64,000 nucleotides of DNA from an uncultured Methanomicrobiales archaeon (GTDB lineage Archaea; Halobacteriota; Methanomicrobia; Methanomicrobiales; Methanospirillaceae): positions 1,952,001 to 2,016,000 of the forward strand of contig OY969100.1 in the NCBI GenBank assembly GCA_963697895.1, written 5' to 3'. Below the pieces are notes generated by a model. That model did no database searches. It was not told the DNA's origin and saw nothing but the letters and a program-made list of their open reading frames with translations. Below are positions 41,531 to 53,168 of this stretch, piece by piece. Every line of letters begins with the position of its first letter. Within the stretch, counting starts at the first letter, position 1. Both the position numbers and the translations under genes were made by a program.

Positions 41531-42231
41531 TGGCAGTGGAGAGAAAATTTATCGCAGAAGGAGTCCGACGGGCGCGAGTTGAGCGGCATCTCGTTCATGA
41601 ACTGAAACGTGCCGGTTACGGAGGGATGGACCTGGTCAGGACCCCACTCGGCACACAGGTAACGATATTCGCCGAGAAACCCGGTATAGTTATCGGAAAA
41701 GGGGGAAAGGTGGTACGTCAGCTGACTCAGGATCTTGCCACCGATTTTGGGGTGGAGTCCCCGCAGATAGAAGTACAGCAGGTCCCAAATCCGAGCTTTA
41801 ATGCACAGATCATGGCAGAAAGGCTTGCAAATGCGCTAGAACGCGGCTGGTATTTCAGGAAAGCAGGTTCAAGCGTGATCCGCCGGGTAATGGAGTCCGG
41901 GGCACTTGGCTGTGAGGTGATCATTGCGGGCAAACTGACCGGGTCACGTGCGCGGGTACAAAAATTCACCGAAGGATACATCAAACATAGTGGTGAACCG
42001 GTCAACACCATCGTTGAAAAAGGGTTTGCAGTCGCAATCAAGAAACTGGGTGTTATCGGTGTCCAGGTAAGAATCATTCCACCCGGTGCACGCCTGCCCG
42101 ATCACTTCGAAATGATCGAGCCCAAAGAGAAGGCGCCCAAAAAATCGGAGATTATCGTTACCGATATAGGCGAAGATGTCGAGCTGGATCTCGATCTTGC
42201 GGGGGATGAAGAGTTCGTGGAGGAAGAGTGA
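41527..42231 (+). CDS. rps3: 30S ribosomal protein S3
   Basis: [15 protein letters not shown] (KH domain), [10 protein letters not shown]. Confidence 0.98.
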   Translation: MMAVERKFIAEGVRRARVERHLVHELKRAGYGGMDLVRTPLGTQVTIFAEKPGIVIGKGGKVVRQLTQDLATDFGVESPQIEVQQVPNPSFNAQIMAERLANALERGWYFRKAGSSVIRRVMESGALGCEVIIAGKLTGSRARVQKFTEGYIKHSGEPVNTIVEKGFAVAIKKLGVIGVQVRIIPPGARLPDHFEMIEPKEKAPKKSEIIVTDIGEDVELDLDLAGDEEFVEEE

Positions 42232-42434
42232 TGGCCATATTCCGGGCACATGATGTGGCTCAGCTCTCCGATGTGGAGTTGAAAGAACAGATGGGAAAGC
42301 TCAGGCTTGAATTGATCCAGCATTACGGTAAAGTGAGCGCGGGTGGGGCAACCGAGAACCCCGGTCGGATAAGAGAACTCCGCCGTACCATCGCCCGTAT
42401 GATGACTGAACAGAATAAGAGGGTACGGGCATGA
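42231..42434 (+). CDS. rpl29: 50S ribosomal protein L29
   Basis: ENPGRIRELRRTIAR. Confidence 0.96.
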   Translation: MAIFRAHDVAQLSDVELKEQMGKLRLELIQHYGKVSAGGATENPGRIRELRRTIARMMTEQNKRVRA

Positions 42435-42715
42435 TTTCGCCCCAGAACGTCATACGGCACGAACTGATCGGCCTTGACGTTCTGGTCGTCCATGCCAGCA
42501 ACCCGACACAGGAAGGGTTTAAGGGCCGGATCATCGATGAAACCAGAAATTTGCTGATCATTGAAGGAGGATGTGGCGTGCGGAGGATTCCCAAAAGGAT
42601 GAGCATCGTTCGCGTTACGCTTCCGGATGGCAGATTGGTCGAGGTGGATGGCTCTGTGCTGGTGATGGCCCCTGAAAGGCGAATCACCGTCCAGATAAAA
42701 AATAGAGGTACATAA
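42431..42715 (+). CDS. rnp1: Ribonuclease P protein component 1 (Rpp29/Pop4)
   Basis: [26 protein letters not shown]; canonical position. Confidence 0.94.
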   Translation: MISPQNVIRHELIGLDVLVVHASNPTQEGFKGRIIDETRNLLIIEGGCGVRRIPKRMSIVRVTLPDGRLVEVDGSVLVMAPERRITVQIKNRGT

Positions 42716-43041
42716 TGGCAAAAAATATCGGTTTGAACGTCCAGCAGCCTGAAGAGGCATGCAATGACGTTAATTGTCCGTTTCACGGCACTTTACCGGT
42801 GCGCGGCCAGGTGATCACCGGCAAAGTCGTGAGCGATCACATGATGGAAACGGTCGTTGTCGAGCGTGACTATCTCCACTTTGTAAGTAAGTACAACCGG
42901 TACGAGAAGCGGAGTTCCCGGTTCCATGCCCATAGTCCTCCGTGTCTGCACGCGAAGACCGGGGATATGGTGAAAATTGCTGAATGCAGGCCGCTTTCAA
43001 AAACGGCAACCTTTGTCGTGGTGGAGGTGGCCCGGTCATGA
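42715..43041 (+). CDS. rps17: 30S ribosomal protein S17
   Basis: [27 protein letters not shown]. Confidence 0.98.
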   Translation: MAKNIGLNVQQPEEACNDVNCPFHGTLPVRGQVITGKVVSDHMMETVVVERDYLHFVSKYNRYEKRSSRFHAHSPPCLHAKTGDMVKIAECRPLSKTATFVVVEVARS

Positions 43042-43436
43042 AGGCAAAACAGTCAAAAACCCCCCGGGCACTTGCAACGGGAACGCGGCTAATCTGCGCC
43101 GATAACACCGGCGCACGAGAGGTCCAGATCGTTTCTGTCTTTGGATATCATGGAGTAAGGCGCCGGCAGCCGAAGATGGGACTAGGAGATCTCGCCACCG
43201 TGAGCGTAAAGAAAGGAACCCCGGATATGCGGCGTAAGCTGGTCCGGGCTGTTGTCATCCGGCAGAGAAAGGAAATCCGGAGACCGAACGGGCTCCGGGT
43301 GTCGTTTGATGACAATGCGGTCGTGGTCGTTGATGAAAAGAATGAACCCAGGGGAACAGAGATTAAGGGACCTGTTGCCCGTGAAGTGGCAGAACGGTTC
43401 CCGAAACTCGGGACCATGGCCACAATCATTGTATGA
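43038..43436 (+). CDS. rpl14: 50S ribosomal protein L14
   Basis: [28 protein letters not shown]. Confidence 0.98.
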   Translation: MKAKQSKTPRALATGTRLICADNTGAREVQIVSVFGYHGVRRRQPKMGLGDLATVSVKKGTPDMRRKLVRAVVIRQRKEIRRPNGLRVSFDDNAVVVVDEKNEPRGTEIKGPVAREVAERFPKLGTMATIIV

Positions 43437-43445
43437 GGGGAGTAC

Positions 43446-43811
43446 ATGGTACGAATTGTCAGCAAACAACCAAGGAAACAGCGAAAAGCACGTTATAATG
43501 CACCCGCTCACCTCAGGAGCAGGTTCCTCTCTGCACCCCTCTCGACCGTGCTCAGAGATCAGTACAAGAAACGGAGTCTGCGGGTTGTGAAGGGAGATAC
43601 CGTAAAGATCCTCCGTGGTGAATCGGTCGGAACAGAGGGGATGGTTGATCTGGTCGATACGAACAAATCCCGAATTGTTGTTCAGGGGGTCTCCATACCG
43701 AAATCAGATGGTACCGAGATGCCAAGGCCGGTGCATCCCTCAAATGTCGAGATCACCAAGCTAAACCTGAAAGACAAGCGTCGGATGGAAAAACTCGGGG
43801 AAGGTGTCTAG
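43446..43811 (+). CDS. rpl24: 50S ribosomal protein L24
   Basis: SKQPRKQRK, KGDTVKILRG, HPSNV. Confidence 0.98.
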   Translation: MVRIVSKQPRKQRKARYNAPAHLRSRFLSAPLSTVLRDQYKKRSLRVVKGDTVKILRGESVGTEGMVDLVDTNKSRIVVQGVSIPKSDGTEMPRPVHPSNVEITKLNLKDKRRMEKLGEGV

Positions 43812-44537
43812 ATGGGCGATCATCTGAAGCGTCTGAATGCCCCTGATTCGTGGCACATCTCGAAGAAGACGAATGTCTTCATCACGAAAACAGCCCCGGG
43901 ACCGCATAATGCCAATGCTATGCCGCTGGTGGTGTGGCTTCGCGATCACATGGGGATCGCGAGGAACCTGAAGGAAGCCAAACAGATCCTTTCGCGGAAG
44001 GACGTCATCATTAACGGCCGTCCGTGCCGGGATCCGAAGATCGGGATTGGTATATTTGACATCATATCCCTCCCACGGGCCGGGAAACACTATCGTATCC
44101 TCCGGGATAAGAAAGGTCGCCATCGGACAATCGAAATAAACGACGAAGCGGCCCATACCCGATTGGCAAAAATACGGAACAAAACGATCATATCCGGTGG
44201 CCGTGTGCAGCTAAACCTACGGTTTGGAGGTAATATCATTGCCGATAACCAATATAAGCCACAGGATTCCGTGGTCCTTTCTCTTGTGCCTGAAGAACGT
44301 TTCAGAATTGTCGATCACTTTCCATTTGCCGTCGGGAATATGGCAATGGTGATCGGCGGTAAGCACTCGGGAAAGGTTGCCCGGATTGTTACAATTGAGA
44401 AAGTTCCCGGGAGCGTACCGAATCGTGTCATCCTGGAAGACGATATCTCCAAAACGCGCTTCGATACGATTGATTCCTACATCTACATGGTGGGAAGAGA
44501 GACTCCGGCACTCACTGAATGGGGGATTGAAGAATGA
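43812..44537 (+). CDS. rps4e: 30S ribosomal protein S4e
   Basis: HLKRLNAP.SW, PGPH, GGKHSG. Confidence 0.97.
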   Translation: MGDHLKRLNAPDSWHISKKTNVFITKTAPGPHNANAMPLVVWLRDHMGIARNLKEAKQILSRKDVIINGRPCRDPKIGIGIFDIISLPRAGKHYRILRDKKGRHRTIEINDEAAHTRLAKIRNKTIISGGRVQLNLRFGGNIIADNQYKPQDSVVLSLVPEERFRIVDHFPFAVGNMAMVIGGKHSGKVARIVTIEKVPGSVPNRVILEDDISKTRFDTIDSYIYMVGRETPALTEWGIEE

Positions 44538-45040
44538 ACCCTATGCATGAGCTCCATATCGATAAGGTGGTTGTTCACATGGGAGTCGGTGAGAGCGGGG
44601 ATAAACTCTCCAAGGCTATTGAGATCATGAAGACGATCACCGGGCAGACCCCCGTAAAGAGCATCGCAAAGAAGACCCAGCCGGCCTTCGGAATCCGAAA
44701 GGGTGCGCCTATCGGCTGCAGGGTCACACTTCGCGGCGCAGCAGCCCGGAATTTTCTTGCTACATCTCTCGACATTATAGAGCGGAGGCTTTTTGTTACA
44801 CAGTTTGATAATAAAGGGAACTTTTCGTTCGGCATCGAGGAGCATACTGATTTTCCCGGTATGTCATATGATCCGCAGATCGGAATATACGGCATGGATG
44901 TCAATGTGGTTCTCGCCAGGAAGGGCGTGCGAATTGCCCGACGTCGCGCCGAACAGAAGAAACTTCCGATGAAACAGCAGGTCAACCGCGAAGATGCGAT
45001 GAAATTTCTGCAGTCATCGTACCAGGCAGAGGTGCGATAA
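44534..45040 (+). CDS. rpl5: 50S ribosomal protein L5
   Basis: [27 protein letters not shown]. Confidence 0.98.
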   Translation: MNPMHELHIDKVVVHMGVGESGDKLSKAIEIMKTITGQTPVKSIAKKTQPAFGIRKGAPIGCRVTLRGAAARNFLATSLDIIERRLFVTQFDNKGNFSFGIEEHTDFPGMSYDPQIGIYGMDVNVVLARKGVRIARRRAEQKKLPMKQQVNREDAMKFLQSSYQAEVR

Positions 45041-45195
45041 TGGGTGGAGAACGGACGAAAAAATTTGGTCGCGGTGCAAATGAATGTAAGATGTGCGGCC
45101 GGAAACAGGGCCTTGTTCGCAGGTATCATATCATGTTCTGCAGGCAGTGTTTCCGCGAATGGGCCCAGAAAATGGGTTTTAAAAAGATGAACTGA
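45040..45195 (+). CDS. rps14: 30S ribosomal protein S14 (Zn-binding, 51 aa)
   Basis: Manual translation [51 protein letters not shown]; not in the ORF track. Confidence 0.96.
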   Translation: MGGERTKKFGRGANECKMCGRKQGLVRRYHIMFCRQCFREWAQKMGFKKMN

Positions 45196-45206
45196 GGGGT
45201 GCTGAC

Positions 45207-45599
45207 ATGTCTAGACTCAATACTATCGCAGACGGAATGAGCGCACTCAAGAACGCAGCGGATTGCGGCAAATCGGAATGTGTCATCGAACCAGCGAGCA
45301 AATTGCTTGGTGCAATGTTCCGTACGATGCAGGAGGCCGGATATCTTGGTGGATTTGAATTCATCGACGATGGCCGTGGTGGTCAGTTCCGGGTGCATCT
45401 GAATGGCAGAATAAACAAATGTGGCTCGATATCTCCTCGTTATTCCGTACCTCTCAGTGAACTCGAATACTGGGAGATGCAGTTCCTTCCTGGTAAAAAC
45501 TTTGGACTCCTGATACTTTCCACCTCACGGGGTGTCATGTCCCATGACCAGGCCCGGAAAGAGGGTATCGGTGGAGAGCTGCTCGGTTATGCGTACTAA
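45207..45599 (+). CDS. rps8: 30S ribosomal protein S8
   Basis: [27 protein letters not shown]. Confidence 0.98.
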   Translation: MSRLNTIADGMSALKNAADCGKSECVIEPASKLLGAMFRTMQEAGYLGGFEFIDDGRGGQFRVHLNGRINKCGSISPRYSVPLSELEYWEMQFLPGKNFGLLILSTSRGVMSHDQARKEGIGGELLGYAY

Positions 45600-45610
45600 G
45601 GGTGAAGGAA

Positions 45611-46135
45611 ATGACAAACGTTATTAATCTCCCGATTCCCGAGGGCGTGAACGTAACCGTGCAGGGCACGGTATTGCATGTATCAGGGCCGAAAGGACAA
45701 CTAGAACGGGATATGCGATTCCCCCAGATAACTGTGAAAGTTGAAGGGAAGGAGGTCGTTATCGCAACCGGTTCTGAACGGAAACGGATCACCGCGATGG
45801 TCGGAACCTATGGTGCCCATACGAAGAACATGTTCACCGGGGTGACCGAGGGATTTGAATACCACATGAAGGTGGTATACAGTCACTTCCCCATACAGCT
45901 GAAGTTGCAGGGGAACCGGTTGGAGATAACAAATTTCCTCGGGGAGAAAAAATCACGATACGCGCGGGTTGAACAAGGGGTCAGTGCAAAAGTGGGAAAC
46001 GATGAGATCGTCCTCTCGGGAATCGATAAGGAAGCAGTGGGTACGAGTTCAGCGAACATCGAGCATGCGACCAGAATACGAAACCGTGACCCCCGCGTGT
46101 TTCAGGATGGGATATACCACGTACGGAGGTCATGA
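45611..46135 (+). CDS. rpl6: 50S ribosomal protein L6
   Basis: IPEGV, YSHFP, NFLGEK, DPRVFQDGIY. Confidence 0.98.
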   Translation: MTNVINLPIPEGVNVTVQGTVLHVSGPKGQLERDMRFPQITVKVEGKEVVIATGSERKRITAMVGTYGAHTKNMFTGVTEGFEYHMKVVYSHFPIQLKLQGNRLEITNFLGEKKSRYARVEQGVSAKVGNDEIVLSGIDKEAVGTSSANIEHATRIRNRDPRVFQDGIYHVRRS

Positions 46136-46560
46136 TTCAGATGGCTGGTGAAAAACAGAGGTTATTGCGTGCCCGTGTTGCGAAGCGTGCTTCGTTTAAA
46201 CGTGACGGAGAAGGGAAAAAGAAACAGCTCTCCGATGCATGGCGGCGTCCGCGAGGACTACATAACAAGCAACGCAGACAAAAAAAAGCAAAAGGCCCAC
46301 TTCCGACTCCTGGATTTGGAAGTCCGGTTGCGGTCCGAGGGATGCACCCGAGTGGATACTATGAGGTGCGTGTTTCCACCCCCGGAGAACTCAAAGCTCT
46401 TGACCCGGATATGCACGCGGTCAGAATTGCAGGTTCTGTAGGGAATCGTAAGCGTTTGCTGATACAGCAGGACGCCGTATCCAGTGGACTGAAGGTGTTG
46501 AATGCACGTAACATCGCCATAAGGCATGAGGGTGAAGAAGAGGTGGAGAGCGATGAGTAA
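46132..46560 (+). CDS. rpl32e: 50S ribosomal protein L32e
   Basis: WRRPRGLHNKQR, RGMHPSG. Confidence 0.96.
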   Translation: MIQMAGEKQRLLRARVAKRASFKRDGEGKKKQLSDAWRRPRGLHNKQRRQKKAKGPLPTPGFGSPVAVRGMHPSGYYEVRVSTPGELKALDPDMHAVRIAGSVGNRKRLLIQQDAVSSGLKVLNARNIAIRHEGEEEVESDE

Positions 46561-47005
46561 TCTCTCTAATCAGAGACGAATGGGGGCTTCAATCCTTAAA
46601 TGTGGTGCCAATCGTATCTGGTTCGATCCCGAACGTCTTACGGATATCCAGAATGCCATCTCCCGGGATGACATCCGCGGACTCATCGAGGCGGGGGCGA
46701 TAACAGCCCACCAGATACAGGGAGTGAGCCGGGGACGAGCACGCCTGAAGATTGCCAAGCGCTCCTATGGCCATTGCAGAGGCCCGGGACGGAGAAGAGG
46801 CGCCGCAGGAGCCAGACACCCAAGCAAGCGCCAGTGGATAAAGCGAATCCGGGCGATCAGACGGGTTCTCGTAGAACTGCGCGGTAGCTCCGCGATTGAT
46901 CCACATATGTATCGGATCCTGTACCGTAAGGCGGCAGGCGGGCAATTTAGGAATATTGCGCATCTGAAGGCGCAACTGGAGATAATGACCGGGAGGATGA
47001 AGTGA
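46553..47005 (+). CDS. rpl19e: 50S ribosomal protein L19e
   Basis: [29 protein letters not shown]. Confidence 0.97.
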   Translation: MSNLSNQRRMGASILKCGANRIWFDPERLTDIQNAISRDDIRGLIEAGAITAHQIQGVSRGRARLKIAKRSYGHCRGPGRRRGAAGARHPSKRQWIKRIRAIRRVLVELRGSSAIDPHMYRILYRKAAGGQFRNIAHLKAQLEIMTGRMK

Positions 47006-47006
47006 T

Positions 47007-47534
47007 ATGGCAACAGGAGCACGATTTTTTGTCCCCTTCAGAAGGAGAAGGGATGGCAAAACAGACTACTACAAACGTTCCAAAATGGTTGTTGCGGATC
47101 GGCCCCGGATGGTCGTCCGGAAGACGAACCGGCATATCATTGTCCAGCTGGTCACCGCCGAGCTCATTGGTGACCGGACTCTCGCTGCAGCAAACTCGGG
47201 AGAGCTCGTGAAATATGGGTATACAGGCTCGGCCTCGAGTACTCCCGCTGCGTTTCTTACTGGGATGCTGCTTGGGGTAAGGGCACTGAACGCAGGCAGT
47301 GAGAGAGCAATACTGGATATCGGACTGAATCGCGCGACACCTGGTGCACGGGTTTTTGCCTCGTTGAAAGGTGCGGTCGCGGCAGGTCTGGACATCCCCC
47401 ATGGCGAGGAGGTTCTGCCGGATGATGGCCGGGTGCGCGGATTACATATAGTATCATATGAACCGGACCGTGCATCCGGGCTGGCAACGAACGTAGAACA
47501 GACGATGGATGCTATCATGAAGGAGCTTGAGTAA
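47007..47534 (+). CDS. rpl18: 50S ribosomal protein L18
   Basis: [25 protein letters not shown]. Confidence 0.97.
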   Translation: MATGARFFVPFRRRRDGKTDYYKRSKMVVADRPRMVVRKTNRHIIVQLVTAELIGDRTLAAANSGELVKYGYTGSASSTPAAFLTGMLLGVRALNAGSERAILDIGLNRATPGARVFASLKGAVAAGLDIPHGEEVLPDDGRVRGLHIVSYEPDRASGLATNVEQTMDAIMKELE

Positions 47535-47535
47535 C

Positions 47536-48153
47536 ATGGCATATGAAAAAGAGCAGTGGGTCCCCCTCACCGGACTTGGCAAAGCAGTCGCCGCCGGAGA
47601 GGTGACCAATATTGACCAGGTACTCGAGAGCGGAAGGCCAATAAAAGAGCCCGAGATCGTGGACGCATTCCTGCCAGACCTGGAGGACGAAGTGCTGGAT
47701 ATCCAGATGGTGCAGCGTATGACAGATTCCGGACGCCGTGTGAAGTTCCGTGCGGTTGTTGTGGTTGGAAATCGTAACGGCTATATCGGGTTCGGCCAGG
47801 GAAAGGATGTACAGGTCGGCGATGCGATTAAAAAGGCGATTGTGGATGCAAAGACCAACCTCATCAAAGTCAAAAGAGGATGTGGCAGTTGGGAATGCGG
47901 ATGTAATCTCACACATTCGATTCCTATGCAGGTCGAAGGGGCTGCGGGAAGTGTGCGTGTCACCCTGAAACCGGCCCCGCAGGGAATCGGGCTTGTCACA
48001 GGAGAGATCAGCCGGAAGGTACTGGAACTTGCCGGGATCAGGGATGCCTGGACATTTTCACGTGGCCAGACACGGACAACGATTAATTTTGCAAAAGCGA
48101 CCTTCAATGCGTTGAAAGCAACAAACATGATCAGGATGGGGGGAGCGCAGTGA
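47536..48153 (+). CDS. rps5: 30S ribosomal protein S5
   Basis: [27 protein letters not shown]. Confidence 0.98.
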   Translation: MAYEKEQWVPLTGLGKAVAAGEVTNIDQVLESGRPIKEPEIVDAFLPDLEDEVLDIQMVQRMTDSGRRVKFRAVVVVGNRNGYIGFGQGKDVQVGDAIKKAIVDAKTNLIKVKRGCGSWECGCNLTHSIPMQVEGAAGSVRVTLKPAPQGIGLVTGEISRKVLELAGIRDAWTFSRGQTRTTINFAKATFNALKATNMIRMGGAQ

Positions 48154-48614
48154 TGTTTGCGATTGTCCAGGTCCGCGGAGTGGTAAATACCCGCCGCGAT
48201 ATCAAGGATACCCTGAAAATGCTTCGCCTGCACCATATCAATCACTGTGTGCTTGTTCCCGATACGCCCGAGTATCTGGGCATGATCAGGAAAGTAAAGG
48301 ACTTTGTGGCCTATGGTGAAGCAGATGCCGAAACCATTGAAACGATCCTGCGAACCAGAGGACGGGTTGTGGGAGATTATCCCCTTACTGACGAATATGT
48401 TCGCTCTCATTCGTCTTATCAGAGCATTGGGGAGTTTGCGAATGCACTTGCGTCAGGTGAACAGCGGCTCATCGATATGCCCGGATTAAAACCGGTTCTT
48501 CGCTTGCACCCACCTCGGAAGGGATATAAGACTATCAAGAGAACATTTCCACAAGGTGGCGCCCTCGGCTACTATGGAGAAGAGATTAATGCGCTCCTGC
48601 ATAAGATGAGGTGA
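48150..48614 (+). CDS. rpl30: 50S ribosomal protein L30
   Basis: [21 protein letters not shown]. Confidence 0.97.
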   Translation: MMFAIVQVRGVVNTRRDIKDTLKMLRLHHINHCVLVPDTPEYLGMIRKVKDFVAYGEADAETIETILRTRGRVVGDYPLTDEYVRSHSSYQSIGEFANALASGEQRLIDMPGLKPVLRLHPPRKGYKTIKRTFPQGGALGYYGEEINALLHKMR

Positions 48615-48619
48615 AGGCA

Positions 48620-49045
48620 ATGCCAGTCAACAAACGTTCAAAATTCCGCGGGTCAAGAACCTGTGGGGGCGGCACCCATAAAAATCGTCGCGGGGCGGGA
48701 AATAGAGGTGGCAGAGGTAGGGCGGGTCACCGGGATCATCGGTTCACCCACTTCCTCCTTTCAGGTGAAATCCATAACGGGAAACACGGGTTCTTCAACC
48801 AGGCCGCGGTCCCCGTCAGTGCCTTATCAATCGGCGCCCTTGATCAGATGCTACCGGCACTGCTCGCAGAGGGTATAGTGATGCAGGAAGGGGATGCGTT
48901 CGTGATTCATGCCCCGGGTATGGGTATCGATAAGGTACTGGGAGCTGGGAAGGTTACAAAAAAGATGTATATCTCTGCAAAGGCCTTCTCAGAACAGGCA
49001 AAGCTGAAGATCGAAGCCATGGGTGGTAAGGCACAGGTCATCTGA
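48620..49045 (+). CDS. rpl15: 50S ribosomal protein L15
   Basis: RGSRTCGGG, RGAGNRGGRG, KVLGAG, KIEAMGG. Confidence 0.97.
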   Translation: MPVNKRSKFRGSRTCGGGTHKNRRGAGNRGGRGRAGHRDHRFTHFLLSGEIHNGKHGFFNQAAVPVSALSIGALDQMLPALLAEGIVMQEGDAFVIHAPGMGIDKVLGAGKVTKKMYISAKAFSEQAKLKIEAMGGKAQVI

Positions 49046-49068
49046 CCTGATAATTCCCGGGTGAGGAA

Positions 49069-50502
49069 ATGGGAAGCCTGCTCGATCGGATGGAACCCCT
49101 CCTGGCAGCAATGCCTGCAGTCAGGAGCCCGGAGGGACACATCCATTTTAAGAATAAGCTGCTTTGGACAGCCGGCATATTAATCCTGTATTTTGTACTG
49201 ACCAATATTCCTCTGTGGGGTCTCGCCCCGACCTCACAGGATATGTTTCTCTATTACCGTGCCCTCGTTGCAGGAGCGAGCGGATCATTGATCCAGCTCG
49301 GTATCGGCCCGATCGTAACCGCATCCATCGTTTTGCAGCTCCTGAAAGGTGCCGATATACTTCATATCGATACGACGGAGGCACGCGGCCAGGTCATGTA
49401 CATGGGACTTCAAAAGCTCCTCATCTTCGCGATGATCATCATCGAAGCTCTTCCGAACCTGATTGGCGGGTTTCTGCAACCTGATCCGGCTATTGCGGCG
49501 GAGTTCTTCGGTGGGAACCTCTTTGCGGTCACGCTCATCATTTTCATCCAGATTGTTATCGGCGGGATCCTCATCATGTTCATGGATGAGGTGGTCACCA
49601 AATGGGGTATTGGATCCGGGGTCGGTCTCTTCATCATTGCAGGTATATCCGAAGCGATCGTCAACGGGTTCATTAACTGGACCCCGGTAAGCGATCCCTA
49701 CCCGGTCGGGTTCATCCCCCGCCTCTTTGCGGTGCTAATAGACGGAGCGAATTTCATCCAGTATTTCGGGTTGAATCTTCTTGCGTTCGTATCAACCGTA
49801 ACGATATTCCTGATCATCGTGTATGTGGAATCGACTAGGATCGAAATACCCCTGGCACATGCCCAGGTGCGGGGAGCGAGGGCCCGGTTTCCGGTAAAAT
49901 TGATCTATGCAAGTGTCCTTCCGATGATCCTGGTACGGGTGCTGCAGGCAAATATCCAGATGATCGGGTTGTTCCTTTATAATATTGGAATCACCATATT
50001 AGGCACATTCGACGGGGCAACCGCGGTTAGCGGGCTGATGTACTATCTTTCCCCGATTTATGGGCCGCAACAATGGATGTGGTGGGTGTTTGATGTCGGT
50101 CATCCCGCATGGCAGGTCCTCATCCGTCTGGGTATCGATACGGCTTTCATGGTCATCGGAGGTGCGGTCTTCGCGCTCTTCTGGATTAAAACAGCCGGAC
50201 TCGATTCGAAGGATGTGGCTCGACAGATACAACTCTCCGGTATGTCCATTCCGGGATACCGGAGAAATCCACAGGTGCTTGAAAAGTATCTCGACCGGTA
50301 CATCCCCCGCGTAACGGTAATCGGCGGTATCTTCATCGGGGTGCTTTCAGTGGCCGCTAATCTTTTCGGGGTGATCGGAGCCGTGAGTGGTACCGGTCTC
50401 CTCCTGACGGTAAGTATCACCTATCGTCTCTACGAGGAGATCGCAAGCCAGCAGATCATGGAGATGTACCCATTCATGCGGACATTCTTCGGAAAAGAAT
50501 AA
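49069..50502 (+). CDS. secY: Preprotein translocase subunit SecY
   Basis: LGIGPIVTASI, KWGIGSGVGLFI, FPVKLIYAS, GTGLLLTV. Confidence 0.98.
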   Translation: MGSLLDRMEPLLAAMPAVRSPEGHIHFKNKLLWTAGILILYFVLTNIPLWGLAPTSQDMFLYYRALVAGASGSLIQLGIGPIVTASIVLQLLKGADILHIDTTEARGQVMYMGLQKLLIFAMIIIEALPNLIGGFLQPDPAIAAEFFGGNLFAVTLIIFIQIVIGGILIMFMDEVVTKWGIGSGVGLFIIAGISEAIVNGFINWTPVSDPYPVGFIPRLFAVLIDGANFIQYFGLNLLAFVSTVTIFLIIVYVESTRIEIPLAHAQVRGARARFPVKLIYASVLPMILVRVLQANIQMIGLFLYNIGITILGTFDGATAVSGLMYYLSPIYGPQQWMWWVFDVGHPAWQVLIRLGIDTAFMVIGGAVFALFWIKTAGLDSKDVARQIQLSGMSIPGYRRNPQVLEKYLDRYIPRVTVIGGIFIGVLSVAANLFGVIGAVSGTGLLLTVSITYRLYEEIASQQIMEMYPFMRTFFGKE

Positions 50503-50845
50503 TCTATTTTTCAAAATTTTCAGGTTTGTCGGAAGAAAAATCCGATCAGATAGGCGGATCATAAAAAACGACGGACTTTTTTGCATTATAAATGGGGTCG
50601 GTAACTTCAAAGGAAAGGAGCGGCACTTCCCAAACTTTTAAATCGAATAATAATTTGGCTGAAATAATCAACACGTAAGAACCGCCTGTTTTCGATGACA
50701 TTTTACCGATGGAAGAAATAAAAGGGAAAATCCACACGATTAACCGATCTTTTTATGGGATATGCAGACAGATTTTCTATACCGATTTCACCGCGCCAAT
50801 CGTGAATCCGGAACCCATTTTATATATACGATCGGAGGAGGAAAG

Positions 50846-51418
50846 ATGACAGGAAGGAGGGTGATCATTACCGGAGTGCCGGGTGTAGGAAAAACTACGG
50901 TGGTGAACGGTGCGCTTGCACGACTCAAAGATGAGGGAATCTTATATGAATCCCTCAATTTTGGCACATTCATGTATGATGTTGCACGGCAGGAGGGCAT
51001 GGTGCAGAATCGGGACGAGATGCGACGACTCGATCGGGAACAGCAGAAACGTCTCCAGCAACTGGCAGCACATGGAATGGCAATGGTGCCGGGAAATGTG
51101 ATCATCGACACTCACGCATCGGTAAAGACACCAAATGGATACCTTCCCGGACTTCCGGAATGGGTCCTCCGTGAACTGTTGCCTGATACCATTATCCTCG
51201 TGGAGACCGATGAAGACCAGATCCTGATGAGGAGGCTCGCAGACGAGACCCGCACGCGTGATATGGAAGGTAGCAGGTCGATCTCACTCCATCAACAATT
51301 TAACCGGTCAATAGCTGCATCATATGCAATGGTGACCGGATGCACAGTAAAGACGGTTGTCAATGCCGACCATCTCCTTGAACAGGCGATTGATGATATG
51401 GCAGCCACACTCAGGTGA
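50846..51418 (+). CDS. adkA: Adenylate kinase (archaeal type)
   Basis: TGVPGVGKTT, RDEMRRL, IIDTHA, YLPGLP; GGAGG RBS. Confidence 0.95.
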   Translation: MTGRRVIITGVPGVGKTTVVNGALARLKDEGILYESLNFGTFMYDVARQEGMVQNRDEMRRLDREQQKRLQQLAAHGMAMVPGNVIIDTHASVKTPNGYLPGLPEWVLRELLPDTIILVETDEDQILMRRLADETRTRDMEGSRSISLHQQFNRSIAASYAMVTGCTVKTVVNADHLLEQAIDDMAATLR

Positions 51419-51424
51419 CATGCA

Positions 51425-52021
51425 ATGGATATGAAGAAATACGGGGGATATATCGCCCTTCTGGTTGCGCTTCTTATGATGCTCGCGTACAGTGTGCCGG
51501 CGATTCGGAATGGTGTTGGAAGTGTGATAGACCTGATATTCGGGCCGCTTGTTGATCTTTTCGGGATCCCGTTTTATGTGCTAATAATCATTCTGGCAAC
51601 CCTCACTGCTCTGTATTCCTCCCTCATCCAGAAGTATACCATCGATTATGAGCATATGCAGGATGTACAGGCGCGCATGAAGGATTTCCAGAAGGAATAC
51701 CGTGAGGCACAGCTTTCACAGGATGAAAAAAAGATCAAAAAGCTCGACACAAAAAAAGATCGACTGATGAAGGAACAACTGGAGATGTCCCAGCAGCAGT
51801 TCAAACCGATGGCATATATTCTCGTTATTACGGTTCCGATCTTCTTCTGGCTTCTTTACCGGCTTAATGGCATCAATACTACGATAACAATGCCGTTTTT
51901 TGGACAGCTCGCCCTTACGGAGGCAATCTGGATTTTGCCTTCATGGATTCTCTGGTATATGCTCTGTTCGCTCACCATCAGCCAGGTGGCGAGAAAGTCC
52001 CTTAATATCGGGGGCATCTGA
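51425..52021 (+). CDS. DUF106 / Oxa1-superfamily (EMC3/TMCO1-like) membrane protein
   Basis: TM + coiled coil, FKPM, WILWYMLCS; canonical position between adk and cmk. Confidence 0.9.
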   Translation: MDMKKYGGYIALLVALLMMLAYSVPAIRNGVGSVIDLIFGPLVDLFGIPFYVLIIILATLTALYSSLIQKYTIDYEHMQDVQARMKDFQKEYREAQLSQDEKKIKKLDTKKDRLMKEQLEMSQQQFKPMAYILVITVPIFFWLLYRLNGINTTITMPFFGQLALTEAIWILPSWILWYMLCSLTISQVARKSLNIGGI

Positions 52022-52557
52022 TGAGGATTACGGTGAGCGGTCTCCCGGGTTCCGGGACGACTTCACTCGCCCGGTATCTTGCCTCAAAAAAGGGATTTTC
52101 GTTTATTTCTGCTGGTGAGGTATTCCGGCAGATGGCAGAGCAAAGAGGCATGAACCTTTCAGAATTTGGTATGCTTGCCGAACGGGAGCCGGAAATAGAT
52201 AAGTTGATCGATTGCCGGCAGAAAGAGATTGCGTACTCATTGGATAACATCATCGTCGAGGGAAGACTTTCCGGGTGGATGATCGACGAAGCGGACCTGA
52301 AATGCTGGCTTTCTGCGTCATTGGAACGCAGGTCGTGTCGAATTCAGACCCGCGATCAGATTAAGGACATAGAAACCGCTGCACTGCTGACCGAAGAGCG
52401 TGAACGGTGTGAATCCCTCCGGTACCAGGAATACTATGGGATCGATATAAGCGATCTCTCTCCTTATCATATCATTCTGAACTCTGAGCGATGGGGCATT
52501 GAGGGTCTTGGGGAGATAATGGACACTGCAATTGCTTCGATCGAACAGAATCCATAA
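52021..52557 (+). CDS. cmk: Cytidylate kinase
   Basis: ITVSGLPGSGTTS, SAGEVFR, VEGRLSGW, RYQEYYGID. Confidence 0.95.
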   Translation: MRITVSGLPGSGTTSLARYLASKKGFSFISAGEVFRQMAEQRGMNLSEFGMLAEREPEIDKLIDCRQKEIAYSLDNIIVEGRLSGWMIDEADLKCWLSASLERRSCRIQTRDQIKDIETAALLTEERERCESLRYQEYYGIDISDLSPYHIILNSERWGIEGLGEIMDTAIASIEQNP

Positions 52558-52718
52558 TATAAGAATGCTACCCGGATTTTTAGCATGAGTTTCAGTATTT
52601 CCGGAATTCCGATACAAACCAGCAAATTAACCATTCTTACTAGTGATCCTGGATATGGAAGCAGTGACTTGATCTGGGAGCACAATGTTAAGGCTTTCAT
52701 GAGTACATCCTGTTCCGT

Positions 52719-53168
52719 ATGGATGAGCATGAGATCGCGGTCAGGATCGTTTCTAACTGGAACACTGAATCAGTTGCAGCTCTCTACCGGGCAGGTGGCT
52801 GGTGGAAGGAAGAATGGAACCACGAAGAGTTGACCGATCTCATGCGATTCAGTTATGCTTTCGTCATAGCATACCGGATCGCATCCGGCACCGCAGTAGG
52901 AATGGGAAGAGCGATTTCAGACGGTGTTTCGGATGCATATATTCAGGATCTCGTTGTATTGCCGGAATGGCGTGGAAAAGGGGTCGGAAAGAGGATACTC
53001 TCAACATTGATCGAATATTGTCGAAGCCGGGATATAGAATGGATTGGTCTTATTGCAGAACAGGGCACAGAGGGATTTTATACATCGATGGGGTTCTCTC
53101 TGCTCGAAGGCTGCGTACCTATGAAATATCGGAGGGAGATCGCGCATGCTGGCATTGAAAGACTTTAG
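52719..53168 (+). CDS. GNAT family N-acetyltransferase
   Basis: GMGRAISDG, IQDLVVLPEWRGKGVG, FYTSMGF. Confidence 0.9.
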   Translation: MDEHEIAVRIVSNWNTESVAALYRAGGWWKEEWNHEELTDLMRFSYAFVIAYRIASGTAVGMGRAISDGVSDAYIQDLVVLPEWRGKGVGKRILSTLIEYCRSRDIEWIGLIAEQGTEGFYTSMGFSLLEGCVPMKYRREIAHAGIERL